Assembly: GCA_010093605.1 (NCBI GenBank)
Contig: MU004198.1
Location: 1,180,726 to 1,244,725 of the forward strand
DNA length: 64,000 nucleotides
Source: Lophium mytilinum
Taxonomy: Eukaryota
Reading direction: 5' to 3'
The notes beneath the pieces were generated by a model. It ran no database searches and was not told where the DNA came from. It worked only from the letters and a program-made list of their open reading frames with translations. Position numbers and translations under genes: made by a program. This document shows positions 1 through 10,886 of this stretch, one piece after another (positions within the stretch are counted from its first letter, which is position 1; every line of letters begins with the position of its first letter).

Positions 1-331
1 GACCACATTGTTGTGGTCAAAGGATTAAAGTGCGTTACGATGGTTGAGGAGATGGTGGAGGAAGGGAGACATTGATGAGAGATCGGACGCGGACGATAGT
101 CTTGGCATAGCCACGTGATATCCATTTCAGCCAACAGCAAGTTCAGCTCGAATACACATTCAGATGACGATGTTAGAATCAGCAGTTTCTGTATCTGGAT
201 AGAGTGTCATGTCTGAACAATTCAGTAGGCCGATGTGACGGTACCTTGCACAAACTACGTCATTCGCTGGACCCTTTTTATAGCTGTCATTGAACGTCCA
301 TGCTTTCTTCAACAACATTCCAAACATCAAG

Positions 332-1683
332 ATGGAGGTCGCTGCAGGAGCTGTTGCTTTCGAAGCTGCTACGACTACGCTTGAGGGCGGAGCAATTGCC
401 GGGTATGCCATTGCTCAGAAGACCATGCCGTTGAAGGCGACGTTTACTCAAATTGCGACGTCGCCTCAAACATCAGACCGGTGAGTTAGACTGCTCGTCG
501 TATATCAACAGGAATACTGATGATCAATAGAAGCTCTCTATGTCGTCTAGGCCATACCGTCAGTGTCGTTGACGGCAAAGCATACATCTTCGGAGGGACG
601 ACGACCGAAGCTATCTGTACCAATGAGATGCACATCTTGACTCTCCCCTCCAAGAGTAGCGAAACGGGTACTCAGTACAAGTGCGTCCCAGCACTATCCG
701 TCGAACATCAAAAAGAAGTCCCGCCGCCAAGATGCTATCATTCAGCCACCGTGCACGGCGAAGACATCCTTGTCTATGGCGGCAAAGATGATGATGGGCT
801 GTCTCTCCAAGAGGAGTCGAAGTTATGGAAGTTCAACACCAAAACCTTGCAATGGTCATGTCTACAGTACGCGGAAGACGAAGCAGGATCCGGACATGCT
901 ATCTACGGACACGGAGCTACGATTCAGGACGACCAACTAGTGATCTACGGCGGAGTGCGGAGCACACCGTCGGAGAAGCAGTTTCGATCACCAAATCTCA
1001 TAACGCTAGGCCTGAAGGTGTTCACAAAGCGTGTCGCCAAGCATGCAATGGAACCTGCGACGTGCTTTCCAGCAAATCTCGTGGCAATTGACGATGCCGT
1101 CTACACGATCAATGGCGACGACGAGCTCTCTACGAATGTTCGGCAAATCAATCTCGAGGCCGCGATGGCATCTAGGCCAGCTACTCTCGAAGGTGATAGG
1201 GGAATCAAGGAGATAGCTATTCCTTCGAATCCTCTTGCTCCTGGTCCTAAAGGTCCTAGAGACGGTGCGGCACTCATACCCGTCTCGACTGGCCACGGGC
1301 GGCACTACCTCATCTACATGTTCGGCACCACACCATCACAGGCCATCGTTAACGCGAACTCGTCCACGCCGGGTAAGACCAGTCAGGCTAGTAGCTTCTG
1401 CAGCGATGCATGGACGCTTCAGATCCCATCTTCAGACTTGTCCTTGTCCGGTGCGAAAGACAAGGCTCGAGATGTGTTGGGGATGGACTCGGGGAGCTGG
1501 AGCTGGAGTGAGGTTGAGATAAAGACGGACACTGGTGAATCAGAGCACGAAGGAAAGCTCCATCCTGGACCCAGGGCTTTCGCGGGATACGCGGCTATTG
1601 ATGATAGGAGCATTTTGGTTTGGGGAGGACAAGATGCAGCACACAACGCGGTTGGTGACGGCTGGATCATCAGATTCGAATGA
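332..1683 (+). CDS. Kelch-repeat (beta-propeller) protein; exons 332-480 and 531-1683
   Basis: Repeated kelch GG motifs (KAYIFGG, ILVYGG, LVIYGG, ILVWGG) and PPPRCYHSA / HPGPRAF. Intron 481-530 (GTGAGT..CTGAT..AATAG) joins the two ORFs in frame. Confidence 0.85.
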
Positions 1684-2406
1684 ATAGCTTGATGTAGTCA
1701 GCGAGTTCCCGAAAGGGTCAAGTGATGAGACGAAAGGATACAAGATAAGAGAAGTTGAGATATTCATATTTTACTCCTAATTGACCACGTTCGCCCCACA
1801 ATAGCCAGCTAGGTAGCAATGAGGGTCTAGGTACCCGTGCTAAATGAAAGGTACCTTGATTGCTTCTGAGTACATGTTACACTACATCGTCATAGTTCAG
1901 TGAAGAATTTGTCGGCCGCTTTTCAAGTCCCGTGACCGGTTTCCCTGATCCGAAAATTCTCAGTCTGGACAACTAGCAGGCCATCCTAGGGTGGCGGAAG
2001 CGGAGACGGTGAGTGTTGACGGAACGTGCGGGGATTGGGTCTGTTATGGGGTAATGTATGGGGTAATAGCGTGTTGAGGTTCTGCTGGGCACGTGTGGTT
2101 ATCGTCGAGTGCACAGGTGTTGAGGCTGATTCGGGCAGCTGCGGACGAGCCGACATATCTGGGCAGCGTGGCAGCCAACCCGCAGCAGTGAATAGCACCA
2201 TGTTGCCCACCGCTGACGCAGCTCGACACTCTATTTATCGACACAACAGCACACGGCGAACACACTTCCGGCAGACAACCCCGAATCTCGTGGTCTCGCT
2301 CGGCCCCGCCCCTCCTTAGTCGCCCTCGGTGCCCTGGTGCCCTCAAAACACCTTGGCTTCGCAGTAAACCGCCGCAAACCGAAACCCACATTTGGGTGCG
2401 ACCACC

Positions 2407-5400
2407 ATGTCCACCATCTCCGCCAACTCGGCCTCTCCCTCCTCCAAGGGCGGCCTCCAGAATCAGAACCAGAACCACACGCGGACCTACCAAGCATGCA
2501 TACCATGTCGTCGCCGCAAGGTGCGCTGCGACATGGGGCCTGTCGACAATCCCCACGACCCGCCCTGTGTACGCTGCCGCCGTGAGAGCAAAGAGTGCTT
2601 CTTCTCCGCCACCCGTCGCAAGCGCAAACCCCAGGACAGCGGCGACGGCTTCGAGGACGACGGCGAGCTCTCCGACTACGAGATCCGCAATGGTCGGAAG
2701 CGCCTGAAGTCGCTGCCATCCGAGGGCCCGAGTCGCCCAGACGTCCTCAACACCAGCCGCTCGACCTCCTACACCTCCAACCAGCCGCAGCCTCCCCTCA
2801 CCCCCGGCGGCTCTGTCGCACGATATGAGCCCCTCCGCCGACCGGGCACGAACACCCACCAGACCCCTCCGAACCCACCGAATGACGAGGACGACCAGAA
2901 GCTGAACAATGCGACGGCTGCGATTATGGCGAGCAAGGAGGTCTATAGCGGACACGATGCCTTGAATCTCCTCTTCGAAGCGGCGGGACGCAATGGCGAT
3001 ATCGAGCAGCATCACCGAACCGGCAGCTCGGGAAGCCATGCGCGCCCGATGCTGGGCATGGCCAACACCCCAGGCTCGCAGAACAGCTATCAGAGTCCGC
3101 AGGCTAATACGCTGCCGAATCTTAGGGGAGGAATTGGTGGGAACATGAGGAATACGGCAGAGGCGGCGGTAGATCCGGCCATTCAGATCAACCCGAGTGA
3201 CCAGATCTCAACCACCGACGCGACATATGCCGATGCTATCAGGGCATGGGGACGCTTCCGCTTCGTGCGCGCCGGATGGCTTACGGCAAAGGAAGCTATT
3301 GCCTATATCGACTACTTCTACACCTACCTCTCACCCCTCACGCCCATTGTAGTGCCCGATTACCGCGATCACAGCTTGCATGCCAAGCTGCTGAAGGATG
3401 AGCCCCTCCTAACCGTCACTTTACTCACGATTGCCTCTCGATTTGCGCCCCTCGCCGGCCCAGGCGCCAGCTCGAGACCCTATGCCATTCACGAGAAGCT
3501 CTGGTCATACCTGCAGGGAATGGTAGATCGGTTGATATGGGGCCAGGAACAATTCGGGGGTGGGTTTTGCGGAGCCGGACAGCAGGCTGGATCCGATGTC
3601 AACCCGCTTTCCCGCAAAGGCCTCAGGACTCTTGGGACGGTGGAGAGCTTGATGCTGCTGACTGAATGGCATCCGCGAGCTCTGCATTATCCTCCCGGCG
3701 ATGACGATGACGAGCTCCTCGTCCCTGAGACCGGCGAAAGCAGCAGTGTCTCCATGGACCTGTTTAAAGGAGGTCCCGGTGGACAGCGGATCGACAGCTG
3801 GCTGGAACCGTGTTGGCGAAGTGACAGGATGTAAGTGCTTCAAAACCGTAAATAAACACAAATACTAACTCGTTAAGGTGTTGGATGTTGCTGGGAAATG
3901 CCGTGGCTCTGGCCGTCGAAATCGGAGTTTTCGACGAGAAGAGCGAGGCCGAGTTCCAGGAGGATAACGCAAACCTCCCGCATTCGATAGTGAAGGCATA
4001 CTATCGCCGTCGGAACCACCTCAAAGATCTCCTCAATATCTACCTCAGCCAGACCAGCGGCCGTCTCGGCCTTACTTCCATGGTCGGTCTCACCTCCATG
4101 TTGCCAAAGGTCCAGCGTGACCTCCAGCCCTCCGAGAAGCGCCCAACAGATGTCTTTGCCGAGCGTATGGCCGATATCAAGCGCCAAACCTCCTTCATGT
4201 CCCTTGGCGCCCCCGGCGCCCCCCGCCAGCAGGGACCCTTCGAGACAATTCCAACCCAGACTCGCCATGCCATCCAAGACTTGGTGCTGAATTTCTGGGA
4301 CGAAATTGCCAAAATCATGGAGTTGGGAAACCTGGAGTTGTTTGCGAGTCGGAAGTCGACCCGGAATGTCATAGCCACTGGCGAGTATCAGCAGAAGTTG
4401 CAGTCATTTCAAGACCCATTGAAGAATTGGAAGGCGGACTTCGATAGATCCAAAGACTGTAAGTGCATTGAACTACCAGCGTCTGATTATAAATTCGATT
4501 TCAAGACAAATGCTCTGACAGACACGACAGTGCCAGCTCAACTTCGCCACATCTTGATGATCGAGTACGATTATACCCGCGTCTATATCAACTCGCTCGC
4601 GCTCCAAGCCGTCTTAGAGCGCGTGAAACAAGACACAGCACCTCCCGATCAGCTCCACCCTGGGTCCTTCGCCTCTAACTCCAGGCAGCCGTCATCCAAC
4701 GCTGGCCTTGGCGCCAACCCGCACTCCATGGGAACGAAATGGTACGGCAACGACCGCTACTACGTCAGCGAAGTCAGCGACGGGTGCCGCTCTCTGCTCC
4801 GGACCGTCGTCGAAGGCCTATATCCCGGGGACTATCTCAAGCATGCCCCAGTCCGGACTTTCTTCCGCATCATCAGCGTTGCCATCATCCTGCTGAAGAC
4901 ATTCGCCCTTGGTGCGCCTGAAGACGACGTGGCCCTCTCGCTCGGCCTCCTCAGCCGCGCTATCGAGGCCCTCCGGAGCAGCATCGTCGACGACGTCCAC
5001 GTCGGCAACCGCTTCGCCGACCTCCTCGACACCCTCACCCGCCGCACCCGCGCTCGCTTCGTGCGCCTGACCACTACCGGTGGCTCCGCAGGGATCTCCC
5101 GCGCCGGGTCGCACGAACCGCCCGGCCCAACGGGCACGCAGGCTCCAATGATGCCGCCGCCGACCGGTCCGTTGGGTGCTGGAGGCGCGCAATGGGGCGC
5201 TGGTGCGGCCGGCTCTGGCTTCGGCCTCTCCAACCCCACCTCCCCCAGCCTATCAAACCGCAACACGCCAATGCTGCACGGCGGCCAAACGCAGAATCAC
5301 AACCAGAATCAGAACCACACCCAGACGCAAAACCACGCCCACCAGAACCCGCTCTGGGGCATCTCAACCGAGCCGTACGACCCCGCGAACAATAACGTCA

Positions 5401-5684
5401 GCATTATGCCGCCGCCGTACACGTTCCCGTATAACGTCCAGGGCCACAATCACGCCGCCGCAAACACGAACGAGCACCTGCACTTCGGGAACGGCACGGG
5501 CAATGGCTTGGGCGCGGCCGGTGGGGACCAGCAGGACGGGTATTTCCCGGATTGGCTGGCGCTGCCGCTGGATCCGCTGCTAAATACGGCGTGGGGGCAG
5601 GATGTGAATCAGACGACGTTTGGGCCGGATGGGGGCACGGATTTGCTAGATTTGTTGCTGAGTATGGGGGGTGGTGGGGGATAA
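2407..5684 (+). CDS. aro80: Zn(II)2Cys6 fungal transcription factor, Aro80-like; introns 3831-3877 and probably 4459-4530
   Basis: Binuclear cluster RTYQACIPCRRRKVRCDMGPVDNPHDPPCVRCRRESKECFF. Middle homology region (LRTLGTVESLMLLTEWHPRALH, WRSDRMCWMLLG, LKHAPVRTFFRI) and C-terminal DWLALPLDPL resemble filamentous-fungal Aro80 proteins. Splice sites are canonical and preserve frame. Confidence 0.85.
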
Positions 5685-6309
5685 GTGGGTGTGTAGAGGG
5701 GCGGGTGTGTAAGTTCGATTTTAGGTATATTGATGTGATTTCTGGCGATGGCGTTGGCGGAGCGTATGGGATGGTCGGAGGCTAGCCTACGATGGTTTGG
5801 CTGTACTATATGTACAGCGTAGCGGGTTTGAGGCTTTTGAGATTTTTGGCGAGTTGGCCTTACTTTACGTGCCATAAAGGGCTTGAGATTCTTGATGCTT
5901 ATATGAGCGAGCTGGGTTGCTTGAGATTATGCGGGGGGTTAGATGGGTTGGGTAGATGGAATCACTGCTTATTAGCGGCTGCGGAATGATCAAAGTATTA
6001 TAATATTATTTTACGAGAGGGAAGTGAGGTTCGTGAAGACGATATCGAGACATGAGTGTTTCAACAGAGGCCTGCAAGTAATAGATTCAGTTCTTTGTAT
6101 CTCTACGCGCCAACTCGAGGATGTGTTCTCGCTACTTTCTAGAGCTGTATAAACTGTGGAATGCAGGCCGTAGTATCTGATATTAGAAGGAAGCCGAGCT
6201 GATATATAGAAATGCAACCAAATTTGCAATAGCGATTGCTTGTTGGGGTTGATTGTTATAATCCAGTATAGTTCCGGACCTCACCTATATCAGCCGCACT
6301 ATTTCCCAG

Positions 6310-6492
6310 ATCCAGTACTCTTCGGGGGGCTGGATGATCTGCGGCGTGCAACCGTAGCTTAGCCAGTTGGTTCAGCGCGACAACAGTTGTTGCCGCCAAG
6401 GCCAAAAACTCCTCGTTTGTAGCGGAGGGGGGGGGGGGGGTTCTGTACGGCTTCGGCCCGAGTTTTTTTGGGGTTGGGTTCGAATCCTAATT
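6310..6492 (+). ncRNA. Putative structured ncRNA, unit 1 of tandem family
   Basis: Ordered hairpins: ATCCAGTACTC-TTCG-GGGGGCTGGAT; CTGCGG-CGTGCAA-CCGTAG; long middle arm; AAAACTCCTCGTT-TGT-AGCGGAG(G)n; GGC-TTCG-GCC. Then T7 and GGTTCGAATCC (6477-6487). Confidence 0.55.
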
Positions 6493-6640
6493 GAGGGAGG
6501 GTTTATTTTGGTGACTCAGTGAGACGTGTTGAGAACAAGGGACAGGTTAGGATGGTGAGTTAGGATACGTCATAATCGGAGGTTAGCAAGGGGAAGGTCA
6601 AACGAAGACTATGCATATGTATTCTTTTATTTTCCGCTTC

Positions 6641-6817
6641 GAGTCCCTTTCGGGGGCTGCATGAGTTACGGCGTGCAACCGCAGCTCAGAGCAGGGTAGC
6701 TTAGCGGTCCTTCCGAGGACTCGCGAACTTACCTAGAGTATAAAATTCCCTGTTTGTAGCGGGGGGTTTTTGTAGGACTTCGGTCTGAGTTTTTTTGGGG
6801 TTGGGTTCGAGTCCGGG
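6641..6817 (+). ncRNA. Putative structured ncRNA, unit 2 of tandem family
   Basis: AGTCCC-TTTCG-GGGGCT; GAGTTACGG-CGTGCAA-CCGCAGCTC; GCGGTCCT-TCCG-AGGACTCGC; AAAATTCCCTGTT-TGT-AGCGGGGGGTTTT; GGAC-TTCG-GTCT. Then T7 and GGTTCGAGTCC (6804-6814). Confidence 0.55.
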
Positions 6818-7012
6818 TGCGAAGTGATGTCTTTTTCTTTTCTTTTAGTGGGTGATCTTTGGGACTTGCGATGTTAAGAGTTGAAAGTGTGTTGAGAGTC
6901 GAGAGATGTATAGGGAGGGATGCGATACTCAACGTTAGAGGTCTCTAACGCTGAACTGGCATTAACCTTACTTTACATAAACTATGTATGTATACCCTCT
7001 TATTTCCTCACC

Positions 7013-7184
7013 GAGTCCCCTTTGGGGGGCTGGCTCAGTGGTAGCCTGCAGTGCTTGCTAGGAGGCGGAGACGCCCGTTTTAGGGTTGTCGGTTTTCTAG
7101 TCGATAAAATTCCTCGTTTGTAGCGGGGGGTTTTGGTAGGGCTTCGGCCTGAGATTTTTGGTTAGGGATAGGTTCGAAGCTGTG
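7013..7184 (+). ncRNA. Putative structured ncRNA, unit 3 of tandem family
   Basis: AGTCCCC-TTTG-GGGGGCT; A-box TGGCTCAGTGG (7031-7041); CTAGGAGGC..GGTTTTCTAG arm; AAAATTCCTCGTT-TGT-AGCGGGGGGTTTT; GGGC-TTCG-GCCT; GATTTTTGG; GGTTCGAAGC (7171-7180). Confidence 0.55.
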
Positions 7185-8289
7185 TGTTGACACGGTTTCA
7201 TTTCTTCTTACTTCATGAATGGTTCTAATGTGTCGTGATTATAAGACGAATGCGATTCGACGTTGACGAAGCTCGTTTGAACCCCCGGACACTTCATGAT
7301 ATAACCCCCATTATTTCCCAGCTTTGAGAAGATTCAGGGCCCGCATAGAGGGTTTTCTGGTGTTTTCAGCGGGCAATCGGTTGTGCAGGATGCGAAGAGT
7401 GATAGTTAAGAATGGATGAGTGAGTGGGAAGAAGTAGCAAGAATGAAAAAAGGGGTAAGTTCTTGCATCTAGCATGGCCAGCCCTACGAAATAAAGTTCT
7501 GACGAAATCATGACGGTGGGCCGCTAGAAGCAGATCTAAGCATCACCTTGAACTTTAACAAGACGATTAACTCTTAGGAGATGGGTGCACATCACGTGTC
7601 TATCACCTGACATGTAAAATATAGCATCGCGGAAACTTATAAGTTTCTAGAGGTAAGGACTTGCAACTTCAAGTCACTTGCCCGGTGACCGATTTTTGTA
7701 CTCTGGGCTCGCCATGCTGTTCATCTTGAATACCTGCCGCTTTCTCTCAACAAGCCCAAGATAGTCTCAGCAGGAAAGAATTTCAAGACAGCTTCCAACT
7801 TGCATATAATGATCTGATAGGTAGTAGCAAAGTCACACCTCCACATATCTGGGACCTGAATATTCCATTCGCTTGACGGCGCTTCGAGGAGCAATGCTAC
7901 GCGAATTGGGCTGAAAATGATACGCTACTTTCCTTGGCTACTACACTGTTTTTCAGCTCTCGTTCTGGGCCGCACGCCTCTCGACCATGACCTTGTAACA
8001 AAGGCTTGGCTATCCAAACATCGCACTCCATGAGTATTGTGGCGGGCGCCTTAGGCCTTGTCTTTCCTAGTCTGTTTCTTCGTGACCTATGCTGCGACGA
8101 GCAGCGCCTCTCTGATCATGGCATCAAGCTTAATTCAGCCCTTGCCGTACACTCGAGCATCTGGATCGTGGACTAGCATGAAGCAATTGTCTCGTGGCCA
8201 CTACTGGATATGCGAGAAATAGTCCTTTCATCCGTCCTCTTAGTAGTAAATTCGTCTTCTTGGTCTTTTATCTGAGTAGTCAAGTCACA

Positions 8290-10572
8290 ATGCGCTTCGC
8301 CGTCGTATGTGCTGCAGTGCCAGCAATTTCGTTCGTATCTGGATCTCTAGCCTCCGCTATCGGTAGCCCCTTGAACTTCGAAAGTCCGTCCCTTGTTGAA
8401 ACTCCTACCACCACGCTACCGCCAGGGTCACCTGAATTGCTCAAGAGAGCCTCGAAAACGTCGAAACGACACAAACCTACAAGGCGACCACAGCCGCATC
8501 CAAAGCGTCCACAACATCATCCAACTGGCGGTTGCAGCGATACCGAGCTCGTCAAGAATGGCGACTTCAACAGAAATGTCAAGGGATGGGAATTTTTAGG
8601 GGGAGGCGGCACACAGTTCTTCTGGATCAAGAGCTCCAAAAAACGTCCTGCGCATTCAGGCGCCGGACAAGGCTATCTCTTCTTACCTCGAGGATATTCT
8701 ACCCCTTGGCTGAGCACTGCCGTACCGGCTATAGAGTATGGCAATACCTACACCGTTTCTGCGTGGCTACAATACGAGGCCCCGAACGATCTGAGCCAGT
8801 GCACAATCATATTCACGGATAATGGAAACGAGTCCATCGACCTTGTTCTCACCCCAGAATGGACGAAATTCTCATTTGACAGCCCAGGGACTGGTCGACC
8901 GATAGAAGTACAACTCAGGATTACGTGTGAATCAACATTGCCCCTCAGCATTTACATTGATGATGTTAGCGCCAAAGCATGCATACCAAGGAACCCGAAT
9001 CCTGCTTGTCAGGCCCTACCTCGAGCTGACAACGCCCTCGTCAATCCAGGATTCGAGTGTCCTGACGGTATCACGGCCTGGAACGCTGAGTCCTACTATG
9101 GCTCTGGTAACGATAGCATCGTGCAGGTCAGTGGTAAGAAAGGGAATCCGACGCATTCTGGGAATGGGTAGGTCCTACACAATTACTTGAAACTGGCCCC
9201 GTTCTAACTATGTTGCAACAGAATGGCGGCTCTTTTGTTCGACAACTCTGTCGGCGACTTTGGAATTCCATTACCAGGCGTCTTACTATATCAGTCCAGC
9301 ATCACCGACGACACCTCCAGGCAATTCATGAAAGCCTCACTGTGGCTTTCGGCAGATTCTAGACTCAACAACGTCTCCGGTTGCTTGCTGTACATGTCCT
9401 CAAGCACGAGCACGTTCTTCTACGATTTCGATATCAGCACCATCACTACCAAATGGACCAAATTCGAAGCTAACAACATTGAACCCTCAACCTACGACTA
9501 CCTCTACATTGGTATCTACCAGTGCGACAGCGACCCCCAGCCCATAATCTACCTCGACGACATCTACTTCGGCAAAGACCCAACCTCCCCTCCCGCTCCA
9601 GTAACCAGCGAGTCGCCCCAACCTACACCCACTTCTGGCCCATGCACCACCACCCCAAACATGGTCGACCCCAGCTTCGAGCTCGGCAACCTCGACAACT
9701 GGCTCTTCCACGACCAATCTTTCAACTTCGACACCACCTTCTCCGTCGACTCGGCCTCCACCTACGGTCCGCCCCACGCCGGCTCCGGCGTCGGCGTGCT
9801 CACCTTCGCCAGCGACGACGGCTCTGCCACCATAATGCAGCAGATCTTCGGCCTCTGCGACGGCGTCTACACCACCAGCGTGTGGTTCTACGTCCCGGTG
9901 GGCTACGACGCCTCCCTGTGCACGTTTAGTTATGGCGTCTTCGCTAGCGCTAGTGGTACGCCTACCGCGGCCGGCGTCTGGACGAAAGTCGAAGTCGTAT
10001 TTTTGGTGCAGAATATCGAGACGACGTTTCCGTATACGTATATCTCTGCGAATTGTCAGAATACGGGGGAGATGGTGGTGTTGGTTGATGATATCACTTT
10101 CGGCCCGCCGCCTGCCTGTAGTGTCGTGCCCACCATCTCGGACGGTAGCTTCGAGAGCGGGGATGTCTCGATCTGGGACGCCGGGTTTGGGGAGGGCGAT
10201 GAAACTTTCGCCATCACGACCGCGAAAGCGCATACGGGCAAGAAAAGCGGCTTGCTGACGTTCCCTTCGACCTCCAACAGCGCGGTCTTCAGTCGGGATT
10301 TTGACGCGTGCGTGGGCGGGAAGTACACGTTCCATCTGTGGTACTACGTGCCGAAAGCGTATAAGAGCAGTCCGTGCTCTGTGAATGCGTTCGCGTCGAA
10401 TTCGGAGGACTACTACACGGAGGATGTGGCGGTGTGGGATAAGTGGGTGGAGTATAAGCTTGATTTCGTGGCGGGGGCGGCGGTAGAGCAAGTGGATTTC
10501 GGGGTTAGTTGTTTGAATCGGTTGGGGAAGGCGGTGATTTATTTAGATGATATGGGGATTACGGTGCGGTAA
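8290..10572 (+). CDS. Secreted protein with four tandem CBM4/9-like (galactose-binding-fold) domains; exons 8290-9167 and 9222-10572
   Basis: Hydrophobic signal peptide MRFAVVCAAVPAISFVSGSLA. Four repeats begin LVKNGDF/LVNPGFE/MVDPSFE/ISDGSFE, contain HSG/HAG/HTG, and end IYIDDV/IYLDDI/VLVDDI/IYLDDM. Intron 9168-9221 (GTAGGT..CTAAC..CAG). Confidence 0.75.
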
Positions 10573-10886
10573 GTATGTAAGCGAAGGCTGATAATCTGGT
10601 GAAAGACCGAAGGCTATGAAATTTAGATTTCAGAACATTTTGGGAGAACAGGAATCGTGATCTTTGGGGTCGTCGTCTTTGCTAGGTACTCAGCTAGTCA
10701 TCTGCTCCGTTTTCGACAGTCCTAAACGGAAGATGGGGAATGCCTCACTCTCGCCAGGTTTACCGAGTCCTGAACCGCTTGAATCACTCCCGCGATCAAA
10801 CTCATCATCGTTCATCTCTTCGGAGTAGTCGCAAATCTCTTCCATAGTTCCGTCGCCTACTTCTGATCGCCGAGTGCTCCCTAAAC

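Noticed and set aside
2044..3039. 331-aa minus-strand ORF
   Set aside because: Antisense shadow of the GC-rich Aro80-like CDS.
6400..6470. CTCCTCG resembling an HDV-like ribozyme L3 loop; ATGA hairpin resembling SECIS
   Set aside because: I could not build the nested double pseudoknot or the GA quartet with AA loop. A simple stem explains the conservation in all three units.
6727..6734. ACTTACCT, matching the U1 snRNA 5' end
   Set aside because: Present in only one unit, internal and base-paired; no U1-70K loop follows.
6310..7184. Repeated units as tRNA genes (or tRNA-Sec)
   Set aside because: A T-loop and an A-box are present, but no acceptor stem or anticodon arm can be formed and a T5-7 run precedes the T-arm.
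6310..7184. CRISPR-like array
   Set aside because: Eukaryotic context, long diverged units, irregular spacers and no cas genes.
9487..10491. 334-aa minus-strand ORF
   Set aside because: Antisense shadow of the CBM-repeat gene.
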